Origin: a virus
Strand: one strand, 5' to 3'
Virus record (IMG/VR): IMGVR_UViG_3300045988_081576
Coordinates: 1-50,250 of that record
Length of the DNA: 50,250 bases
Shown: one piece after another, positions 27,023 to 35,500 of the stretch
Layout: each line of letters begins with the position of its first letter
Numbering within the stretch: position 1 is the stretch's first letter
Program-made: the position numbers and the translations under genes
Notes under the pieces: generated by a model
The model's input: the letters and a program-made list of their open reading frames with translations, nothing else
Told to the model about the DNA's origin: nothing
Database searches by the model: none

Positions 27023-27754
27023 TTACTGTGCTAACTCCCAAGTGCCGCAGTTCTTAGACTCAAACGCTTTATCACTAGGCAAAATCTCCACATAGCTCTG
27101 GCCCCGCGGATTATCATTCGCCAAAATATCATCAGTTGTACCGCTCAAACCAGACAAACGAGCCCAATAACACGCTTGAGTTCCACCATTCCGGTAAGTA
27201 CCAGGCTGGATGTCTGTACCAACTAAGAAAATCCCGTCTCTGAATGAGTCAACAGGGCCAGTTTCAACGCTCGATTCAGAGGAATCATCAGCCTGAGCCG
27301 ATTCACTCTCGACGCTCATACCTACCTTGTTTTTGGCTTCCGAATCGACCCAAGTCGAATTTGGGGCTGCATCGGAAATCTTTTGACACATATCCCGCGC
27401 CGAATCAAGATTTCCACCCTCTGCGACCGCGCAGTAAACAGCCCAATCTTCGTCCCAAACAACGTAGCCCTCGGAGCCTGTGTCCTTATCCAAAGAGGCA
27501 ACCTTTACGCCTTGGCTTTGCTCTGGCGTTACGCCATAAGTGAGCAGGACTTTACCGTTGTAGCATGAGCCACTACTAGCTTCATCATTTTCCACGTTTT
27601 CGTGACAGTCGCCAGTGATTGCGTCGAGTTCTTTCTGCATGTCTGCGAGTGTTGCCCAACTATCGGGATGAAGTTCCTTGGCAGTCGTATCACCACCACA
27701 CGCTGTGAGCATGAGTGGGGCAATCAGGATGAGAGATGTGAGAACCTTTTTCAT
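27023..27754 (-). CDS. Secreted lipoprotein (signal peptide plus lipobox LTAC); superinfection-exclusion candidate
   Basis: MKKVLTSLILIAPLMLTAC followed by a Cys-containing globular region; lower GC than surrounding DNA; first gene of the reverse-strand ant operon. Confidence 0.7.
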   Translation of the reverse strand: MKKVLTSLILIAPLMLTACGGDTTAKELHPDSWATLADMQKELDAITGDCHENVENDEASSGSCYNGKVLLTYGVTPEQSQGVKVASLDKDTGSEGYVVWDEDWAVYCAVAEGGNLDSARDMCQKISDAAPNSTWVDSEAKNKVGMSVESESAQADDSSESSVETGPVDSFRDGIFLVGTDIQPGTYRNGGTQACYWARLSGLSGTTDDILANDNPRGQSYVEILPSDKAFESKNCGTWELAQ

Positions 27755-27788
27755 ACCTCAAGAATAAACCCACATGCAGGCGCCGCAA

Positions 27789-27811
27789 TGGACAACGGTG
27801 TAATTTGTCCA
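27789..27811. promoter_or_regulatory. Inverted repeat TGGACAA-(9 bp)-TTGTCCA in the divergent lipoprotein/scaffold intergenic region
   Basis: Read directly; TGGACAATG also occurs at 25243. Confidence 0.3.
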
Positions 27812-27854
27812 CACTCTATGCGTCCGTACTGACTAATACGCATAGGAGAAAACG

Positions 27855-28586
27855 GTGTCAAACACCCAGGAATCCAGCCAGGCGCAGGAAACCACCCCAC
27901 AGGACAACGCAACCCAGCCACCTGTACAGGAACCGGTAAACACCCCGGAACCGCCGCAGGCAAACAGCGTTGACCAACTCCCTGAATGGGCGCAAAAGGA
28001 AATCCGCACCGCCCGCGAAGAAGCCGCCAAATACCGCACAAAGGCCAAGAGTGCCGCAGAGACCGCCGCCGAAGAAGCACAGGCTAAGGCGCAGGCAGAG
28101 CGCGATGCGTTGATTCAGAGTATCGGCAAGCAGCTAGGCCTTGTGGAAGAAGAAACCACCGACAGCGAAGCCCTCATCAAGGCAGCCGTAGAACGCGAAC
28201 AAGCAGCCGCGAAGCAGCGCGATGAACTGCAGGAACAGCTCAACACCTACCGCCGCAATGACGCGGTACGCACCGCCGTATCCAAGGTGGACGGCCAAGT
28301 CGATACAGACCTTTTGTCCGCTGTACTTAATTCGGACAACGCATTTAATCAGTTAGATGTTAATGCAGATGATTTTGATGCCCAGGTGGCCCAAATCGTC
28401 ACCAGCAAAATCGAATCCCACCCGTCCCTAATCCAGGCGATTCATAAGGCATCCGGTGTGGATACGTCCAACACAACCCGAGGAGCAGAAAAGCCCCTCA
28501 CCCGCGAAGACTTGAAAAACATGAGTGCTCATGAAATCAACGAAGCGGTTAAGAGCGGCAAGCTGTCCCACCTCATGAATAACTAG
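27855..28586 (+). CDS. Capsid scaffolding protein
   Basis: GTG start after AGGAGAAAACG; Q/E/A-rich coiled-coil composition; immediately upstream of the major capsid gene. Confidence 0.7.
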   Translation: MSNTQESSQAQETTPQDNATQPPVQEPVNTPEPPQANSVDQLPEWAQKEIRTAREEAAKYRTKAKSAAETAAEEAQAKAQAERDALIQSIGKQLGLVEEETTDSEALIKAAVEREQAAAKQRDELQEQLNTYRRNDAVRTAVSKVDGQVDTDLLSAVLNSDNAFNQLDVNADDFDAQVAQIVTSKIESHPSLIQAIHKASGVDTSNTTRGAEKPLTREDLKNMSAHEINEAVKSGKLSHLMNN

Positions 28587-28594
28587 GAGACCTA

Positions 28595-29488
28595 ATGTCT
28601 GTTGACAATTTCATTCCCGAGATTTGGAATGCCGCCATCAAGGAACCGTATGAGAAGAACCTCATCTACGGCCAGCCCAACGTCGCATCTAACGCATGGA
28701 TGGGCCAGATCGCCGGCATTGGCGATACTGTCCACATTTCCCGCCTGACTGCCCCCACCATCAAGGAATACACCAAGGGCACCGCAATCGAGGTTGAGGA
28801 AGTCAACACCAATGACACCACCCTCAAGATCGACCAGGGCAAGTACTTTGCATTCCGCGTCCACGACGTAGACAAGGTTCAGGCCGCCGGTGATTTCCAA
28901 GGCCCAGCAACCCACTCCGCTGGTATCAGCCTGCGTGACGGCGCAGACCAGTACCTCGCAGGCCTGCTTAAGGATGGCGCACTGGCCGCTAACAAGCTGG
29001 GCACCCTCCAGGTGGTCAATGATGACCCGGCTAAGGCTGGTGGTAAGCAGACCACCGCGTTTAAGACGCTGGTTCGGCTGTCTGAGAAGCTGAATGCACA
29101 GTCTGTGCCGACTGCTGGCCGTTATGTTGTGGTTGGACCTAAGACCTACTCCGCGCTGCTTATGGATCCACGTTTCACCAAGGTGGACGCATCCGGCACC
29201 GCTGAGGGTCTGCGTAACGGCATTGTGGGCCGCGCTATCGGTTTCGATGTGCTTGTTTCTAATAACGCGCCGTCTACTGCTGGCCGCGAGCTGGCGATTG
29301 CTGGTGTGCCGGATGCGTTCGCGTTCGCATCCCAGCTGGTTGAGACCGAAGCGCTGCGTGACCCGTCCCACTTTGGTGACATCGTGCGTGGCCTGAATGT
29401 GTACGGTGCTGCTGTTACCCGCCCGGAGGGTATCGCTACCGCTGACATTAACGTTGTTGACCCTGATGGCGCCCCGGTTGCTGCCTAG
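28595..29488 (+). CDS. Major capsid protein
   Basis: RBS TAGGAGACCTA; 297 aa gene after the scaffold gene; no protease or cleavage motif is evident. Confidence 0.75.
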   Translation: MSVDNFIPEIWNAAIKEPYEKNLIYGQPNVASNAWMGQIAGIGDTVHISRLTAPTIKEYTKGTAIEVEEVNTNDTTLKIDQGKYFAFRVHDVDKVQAAGDFQGPATHSAGISLRDGADQYLAGLLKDGALAANKLGTLQVVNDDPAKAGGKQTTAFKTLVRLSEKLNAQSVPTAGRYVVVGPKTYSALLMDPRFTKVDASGTAEGLRNGIVGRAIGFDVLVSNNAPSTAGRELAIAGVPDAFAFASQLVETEALRDPSHFGDIVRGLNVYGAAVTRPEGIATADINVVDPDGAPVAA

Positions 29489-29559
29489 TTGATGACACCT
29501 GATTAGCGGGGTAGGGGATTGGTGCCCCGCCCCGCTTTTCGCATATTTAGGAGATAAAC

Positions 29560-29976
29560 ATGCTTGTATTTGCCAAGCCGGATGATGTTGTTACGTGGGC
29601 TGGCTACGCTTTTGAAAAAGACGTGAAACTAGAACCGTTGATTCGGCGCGCATCGTCGATGGTTCAGCGTGCTGTGCGTTCCGCCCGGTTTGAGGTGACC
29701 CCGGCTGGCATGCCGGAAGACCCAGAGATTATGGATGCGTTGCGTGACGCGGTGTGTGAGCAGGTCACGGTGTGGGTAGAGAATGACATTACCCCGTCCA
29801 AGGTTGAGGCCACTGTATCGCAGGTGACTAGCACGTCTATTGGTGACGCGTCTATTGGTATGAGTGGTGCTGAGTCGGCGGCGGCTAAGGATGCGGTGGC
29901 TAATGAATTGTGTGGTGCGGCGTTCGATATTTTGGCTATTGCCGGTTTGATTGGGGGTTACCCGTGGCAGAGGTAG
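29560..29976 (+). CDS. Head-tail connector / adaptor protein (gp6-like)
   Basis: RBS TAGGAGATAAAC; position after the capsid gene; size 138 aa. Confidence 0.5.
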   Translation: MLVFAKPDDVVTWAGYAFEKDVKLEPLIRRASSMVQRAVRSARFEVTPAGMPEDPEIMDALRDAVCEQVTVWVENDITPSKVEATVSQVTSTSIGDASIGMSGAESAAAKDAVANELCGAAFDILAIAGLIGGYPWQR

Positions 29977-30368
29977 ATAAAGAGCTTGCCGCCCTGTGGT
30001 TTAAGCATGAGTGCACATTGTTGCGCGGTGCTGGCGCATCCCCCTACGGGTGGCAGGATGGTACACCGGTGCCGTTTAAGGCGTTTGTTAGGCAGGCTAC
30101 CCGCCGCATGGTTGATGCAGCAGGGGAACATACAGTCACGGATACGATTGTGTATTGCCCCCTCGGTCTAGTCGTTGAACGCGGCGACCTAATCGAACTC
30201 CCAGATCCGTTCGAAACCGGCCCATGGGAAGTCACTACCCGTAGCGCTCATGATGGTGCAGGTAATCAAACACCAGACCACCAAAAGCTAATCATGACCA
30301 TCCCCGATAGTGGCGGCGGCGATGGTGCGCAATCCGATGGTTCAGGGGTGATTAACCCTTATGGCTGA
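29964..30368 (+). CDS. Head closure / head-tail joining protein candidate
   Basis: GTG 29964 overlapping the upstream stop; gene position. Confidence 0.4.
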   Translation: MAEVDKELAALWFKHECTLLRGAGASPYGWQDGTPVPFKAFVRQATRRMVDAAGEHTVTDTIVYCPLGLVVERGDLIELPDPFETGPWEVTTRSAHDGAGNQTPDHQKLIMTIPDSGGGDGAQSDGSGVINPYG

Positions 30369-30690
30369 TCTGGATTGGCGTGGTGAACTAGTGGCCGCCT
30401 CTATAGAGAAGCGGGCGACCACGGCGGCACGCGCAGCAGGTGAAAAACTACGCGATGAGTCGGTACAACGCGCCCCCATCGAAACCGGTACTTTGCGCGC
30501 ATCCGCTAAGACCACCGTGGAAGATAAAGAGGCCGTGGTGTCTTTTAACACCAAGTATGCGGCCCGCCAGCATGAGGAAGTTGGCTGGAACCACAATGAG
30601 GGCCAAGCCAAGTATCTTGAATCCACCCTGTTGGATTACCAGGAAGAGTTAGCACAAATCATGGCTGAGGAAATAGGAAAAGCACTATGA
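30361..30690 (+). CDS. HK97 gp10-like neck protein
   Basis: Conserved ETGTLRAS motif (TG.LR.S) typical of the HK97 gp10 family. Confidence 0.6.
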   Translation: MADLDWRGELVAASIEKRATTAARAAGEKLRDESVQRAPIETGTLRASAKTTVEDKEAVVSFNTKYAARQHEEVGWNHNEGQAKYLESTLLDYQEELAQIMAEEIGKAL

Positions 30691-31118
30691 CGGCACCTAC
30701 TTATTCAACCCTGCGTGAGGATTTAGCTGGCCATATTGCCGGGGCAAAGCTTGCACAGTGGGCACCTAACGGTATTTATGCAAAGTTCACCCCACCGGCG
30801 ATTTATTTGGGTGTTATCCCGGATGAGGCAGGCCCATCTATTGGCATAAACGTGTACCACCATGGCACTAATGGGGGCTATGACACGGGCACACCAGCTA
30901 TTCGTGTGCAATTGCGTATTAAGGGGACGCGTGACCCCCGGTACGCTTCACGGGTGGCGGATGATATTTACAAGCTGCTGCAGGAAAAAACAAACTATCA
31001 GCTGGACAACGGCACCCATGTTCTACTTTCGCAGCGTGTCCTCACCTATGAGGAACGGGATGAAGCCAGCGTTTATCACCGGGTGGATTCCTACGAATTC
31101 GTAGTCAACCCAAACTAG
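30687..31118 (+). CDS. Tail terminator protein candidate
   Basis: Position between the neck and major tail genes; 143 aa. Confidence 0.45.
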   Translation: MTAPTYSTLREDLAGHIAGAKLAQWAPNGIYAKFTPPAIYLGVIPDEAGPSIGINVYHHGTNGGYDTGTPAIRVQLRIKGTRDPRYASRVADDIYKLLQEKTNYQLDNGTHVLLSQRVLTYEERDEASVYHRVDSYEFVVNPN

Positions 31119-31128
31119 GAGACTCAAC

Positions 31129-31689
31129 ATGGTTGTTGCACAGGCGCCATCTTCTTTCGATCTTAATTCCACCCTGGCCCGCGACTGGGCACTGCAGGTC
31201 AACACCGGTACTAAGGATTCCCCAAAGTGGGTCTATGTCCGTGGCCTGTCCCAGTTCGCGCCGCAGACCTCCCCAACGATGCAGGACGATTCCGATATCG
31301 ACTCCAAGGGCTATAAGTCCCAGATCGCTACCGCGCTTGAAATGACTTTTGAGGGCGAGGGCAAGCGTAAGGGCGAGAAGTCCGGCGAGAAGTTCACCCA
31401 GGATCCGGGCCAGGCTTACTTGCGTGATAAGGGCCGTAAGACGGGCCTTGATAACGTTGTTCAGGCGCGTTGCTGGCGCACCGATGGTGTGCAGGAGGGC
31501 TACGAGTCCTACTTCTCCGTGAAGTGGGAGGATAAGGCTGGTTCTAACGATGATCTGGATCAGTTCAGCTTTACCCTCATGTCGCGTGGTAAGCCGCAGG
31601 ATATTAAGCCGGTGACCGATGCTGAGGGTGCTTCCGTTCCGGCTGGCGCTGCTGCATCCGAGCCGGGTGCGGGTGTTTCGCACTCTTAA
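31129..31689 (+). CDS. Major tail protein
   Basis: RBS TAGGAGACTCAAC; 186 aa gene directly upstream of the G/GT chaperone pair. Confidence 0.7.
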   Translation: MVVAQAPSSFDLNSTLARDWALQVNTGTKDSPKWVYVRGLSQFAPQTSPTMQDDSDIDSKGYKSQIATALEMTFEGEGKRKGEKSGEKFTQDPGQAYLRDKGRKTGLDNVVQARCWRTDGVQEGYESYFSVKWEDKAGSNDDLDQFSFTLMSRGKPQDIKPVTDAEGASVPAGAAASEPGAGVSHS

Positions 31690-31773
31690 GTCTTAGCGTT
31701 GGACAACTAGGGCCAAGGTTCATCATTCATGGTGACCCTTGGTTCTTTCTCATATTAGGAGACTTTCAACAAC

Positions 31774-32214
31774 ATGCGTGACCTACGCGAACTCCATGAC
31801 CCGCACCTGCATCTCCCTATTGATGGCAAGGTGTACACGGTGCATTCCCCAAACGCGGATTTGGGCCTTGAGATTAAGCGGTTCATCGTTGACCCTGAAT
31901 CCGACCCTGCGGATGAAATTAAGTACATCGCAAAGCTGTTGGGTGCGGAGTATGACCCAGAAACCGACACTATGAGCGGTGGCCTGTGGGATGAAATGAA
32001 CGCCGACGGTGTTCCATACAATGAGATTATCCACGTAGGTAATACCGCCCTTGCTCACTATGGTGTGGGCGAATCCTACGGTGAAATGTGGTGGGAGACC
32101 CGCCTGGGAAAAGAAACGGAGCCCCTGCTACCGGAAGCGGCGGCACAATGGGTGGAAGACAAGAAGAAGCAGGAAGCCAAGCCGAAGACACGCCGGAAGA
32201 AGACCACTTCCTAG
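31774..32214 (+). CDS. Tail assembly chaperone (gpG-like)
   Basis: RBS TAGGAGACTTTC; lies between the major tail and tape measure genes; overlapped by a -1 frame ORF. Confidence 0.7.
   Translation: MRDLRELHDPHLHLPIDGKVYTVHSPNADLGLEIKRFIVDPESDPADEIKYIAKLLGAEYDPETDTMSGGLWDEMNADGVPYNEIIHVGNTALAHYGVGESYGEMWWETRLGKETEPLLPEAAAQWVEDKKKQEAKPKTRRKKTTS
32106..32112 (+). other. Candidate -1 programmed ribosomal frameshift slippery site G_GGA_AAA
   Basis: X_XXY_YYZ pattern in the zero frame of the G ORF, inside the G/T overlap. Confidence 0.5.
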
Positions 32215-32558
32215 ACGGCCCCTACGGCAAATATGACCCCCGCCCCTACGCTTATGGCGATGATGATACGGGCGGCGGGCCGTATGACCCGGAAACAGGC
32301 CTCCGTGATTGGTATGCCCCTACGCCTGCGGAAGCTGATAAGCCGGTGGGGGCGCAAAAAATTAGTTGGATTGACATTCTTTCGGAGTGGGCGGCGATTG
32401 AATGTGATTTGCATGAGCGTTTTGGCGTTGATGTTGAGGGTGGGGATTTACAGCATCGCACGTGGCGGTGGCTGCGTATCCGTATTGAAGATTTGATTAA
32501 CCAGCCCAGCCGCCTAAGGCAGGCTCTGTCACTTACATCTGAAACAACCAGTAAATAG
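32109..32558 (+). CDS. Tail assembly chaperone frameshift extension (gpT-like part of a G-T fusion made by -1 programmed frameshifting)
   Basis: -1 frame ORF 32088..32558 overlaps the 3' end of the G ORF; slippery heptamer GGGAAAA at 32106..32112 lies in the overlap. Confidence 0.6.
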   Translation, partial: KRNGAPATGSGGTMGGRQEEAGSQAEDTPEEDHFLDGPYGKYDPRPYAYGDDDTGGGPYDPETGLRDWYAPTPAEADKPVGAQKISWIDILSEWAAIECDLHERFGVDVEGGDLQHRTWRWLRIRIEDLINQPSRLRQALSLTSETTSK

Positions 32559-32571
32559 GTAGGTAGTCTAA

Positions 32572-35500
32572 ATGGCACTTGAAGTAGGCACCCTTAACGC
32601 CCGAATTAAAGTAGATACTACTGGTGTTAGCAGCGCTTTGGGGAATGTGAAGCGTGATCTTAACGATGTTAAGAAGAGCGCGGAGCGCGTCGAAAAGAAC
32701 AATATCGACGTATCTCCCAAGGGTGCCGAAAAGCTGGGGACGGCGGGCAGGTCTGCGAAGACGTTGGGGGATAACCTGCGTGAAGCAGGTTCCCAAGGTC
32801 GTGGCATGCAGGTCAATGCGCAGGTTTCGACTGAGTTGGAAAAGGCCGCTGGCTCTGGACTGAAACTCCGTGACGTGTTGGGTGGTTTTTCGAGTGTCGG
32901 CGGCATGGTTGGCTTGGGTGCCGCCGTGGGCGGTGTCGGTGCCGCGTTCAACGACATGATTAAGACTGGTATGGCCTATCGGTCTGAGTTGAACACTATG
33001 AATGCCGTGTCTGGCGCTACGGCTACGCAGATGAAGCAAGTGGCGGTTGCTGCAAAGCAGCTGGGTAATGACACAGATTTGGCTAACACCAGCGCGGGTG
33101 ACGCGGCTGCTGCTATGACAGAGCTTGCTAAGGGCGGTTTCACGGTTGAACAGTCCATTGGTGCGGCCAAGGGCACCCTGCAGTTGGCGGCGGCGGCGCA
33201 GGTGGATGCAGCCACGGCGGCTACGATTCAATCCCAAGCATTGCAGGCATTCAGCCTTGATGCGTCGAATGCCGCCCGTGTCTCTGACATCCTCGCCGGT
33301 GCCGCAAACGCATCATCTGCGGAGATGACCGGCATCGCCCAAGGCCTACAGCAAGCCGGTACGGTTGCTAACCAATTCGATGTATCGATTGATGATACGG
33401 CGACCTCGCTGGCGATGATGGCGAATGCCGGTATCCAAGGCTCGGATGCGGGTACTTTGCTTAAGTCTGCGCTGTTGGCGGTCACAGATCAGGGTAAACC
33501 GGCGCAGCAGGCTATCGATGATTTGGGCCTGTCTATTTATGACGCAAACGGCAAGTTTGTGGGCATGCGCTCCCTCATGGAGCAGCTGCAGGACGCATCC
33601 GAAAATATGACGGATGAGCAATACCAGGCCGCCACCGCCACCCTGTTCGGCTCGGACGCTATGCGCCTGGCGGGTATTGCCGCTGAGCAGGGCGGTGAGG
33701 GCTTCGACAAACTCAAGGGGGCTGTCACCCGTCAAGGCCAGGCGGCGGAAGTCGCTGCGGCGCAGACCGAGGGCCTACCGGGCGCTATTGGCCGCGTACA
33801 GAATGCATGGGAGACAGCGCAAACCCAAATCTATGAAGCCACCGAGGGCGGCATGGTTGCCGCGTTAAACGTGACCTCCGACGCGTTGACCGGTGTAGCT
33901 GATTTGATTACCGGCCCCGGGTTTACTATCGGTGGACAGATTTTTGAGAATATTGGCGGGCAAGCCAAATACCTAGCGGATGGTGCTGTTTCCGCTGGAA
34001 ATGCTATCGCTAATGTGCTGGTGCCGGGCGCTACTGATCTTTCTAGCGCGTTTACTGTTGTCAAGGGTTCCCTATCGGGGCTTGATGATGGCCTATCATC
34101 GTGGGCTGTTCCTGTGGCATCGGCGGCGGTTGTTGCGTTCGCATCTAATTTTGTTGGGTTGACTGGCAAGCTGAATGCGGGCAGTGGTGCTATCGCACGG
34201 TTTGGGCAAGAGATCCGTGTTCAGCAAAGCTTGGCACGCGGTTATGGTAAGGAAGTTGGCACCGTGGGTGCAGCAGTGGATGTGCTGCGTAGCCGCCATG
34301 AGGGACTCGACCGCACCCTTTCTAACGCGTCGCGTTCTTACTTGTCGTCGTCTGCTGGATTGCGCACTATGTCCAGCCAACACCGCGCAGCAGCCCTAGC
34401 CGCAAAGAATCAAGCCCTCGAATCCACTAACGCGTTCAACACCATTGACCGTATTGGTTCCCAGATGGGGCATAGTTTCATCGCCACCACTACCAATATG
34501 GGCGCTCATGCTAAGGGATTCGCATCCGGCGGTCTTGCAGTCATGAAAGGCGCAATGGGCGGTGTGGGTAAGGCCGCAGGCGGACTTGTTGATGCCTTGG
34601 GTGGCCCTTGGTCACTCGCTATTATGGGCGCATCCTGGGCTATTGGTGAATTGGTGCAAAAGCATCAAGAAGCGGCCAGGGCTGAGGAAGAGCATAAGCA
34701 GACACAGCAGGAACTCAAGAATTCCCTTGACCCAACCACGGGCGCTATTACGGAGCAGACCCGTGCGTTGCAGGAAAAGAAGCTGGAAGAAACCGGTGCT
34801 TTGGATGCGGCACGCCAATTGGGTATCGCTACGGGTACGCTCACGGATGCGATTAATGGTAATGCGGCGGCGCAGCGCGAAGTTCAGGGCGCAACAGCCG
34901 GGGCTATCAAAGAGGCTATCAGCAATTCGGATGCGTATAAGCATGCGGCTGAGACCATGAAAACCGATGCGTGGTTCCAGGCCGGTGTTGATGTTGATAC
35001 TTTTAAGCAGGCTTTGCAGGGTGTGCCTGAGGCTGTGGATAAGGTTAACAGTGTTGATGGTGGCGCTGAAATGCTTGGCAAATTGCGCGATGAAATCAAC
35101 GGTTCCGAGGATGCGGCTGCGAAGCTTGGCTTGCAGATTGGTGACCTGAATAAGGACATGGAGCAGTCCAAGGCCAATGCCATGGCTGATTCTTTGAATA
35201 ATCTTAAGCGCCAATCTGAGCAGACTGGTGACGCGCTAAAAATTTTAGGAGATCGCCAGTTCACTATTGAGGATGAAAAGACCATCAAGGTCTCCGCAGA
35301 AGGCATCGAAGAAGTGCGAGGCCAACTCGAAGGAGTTGGCGTTAAAGTCTCCCAGCCAATGAATGGCCAAGTGTCCTTGACGCTCGAAAATGGTGCCGAC
35401 ATTCCGGCACTATTGGATTCCATCGGCATCAAGTTGTCACAAACCCCTGATGGCTATATTCAAATTCATGCGGATGACCTTGATAAGGCATCTGCAGACC

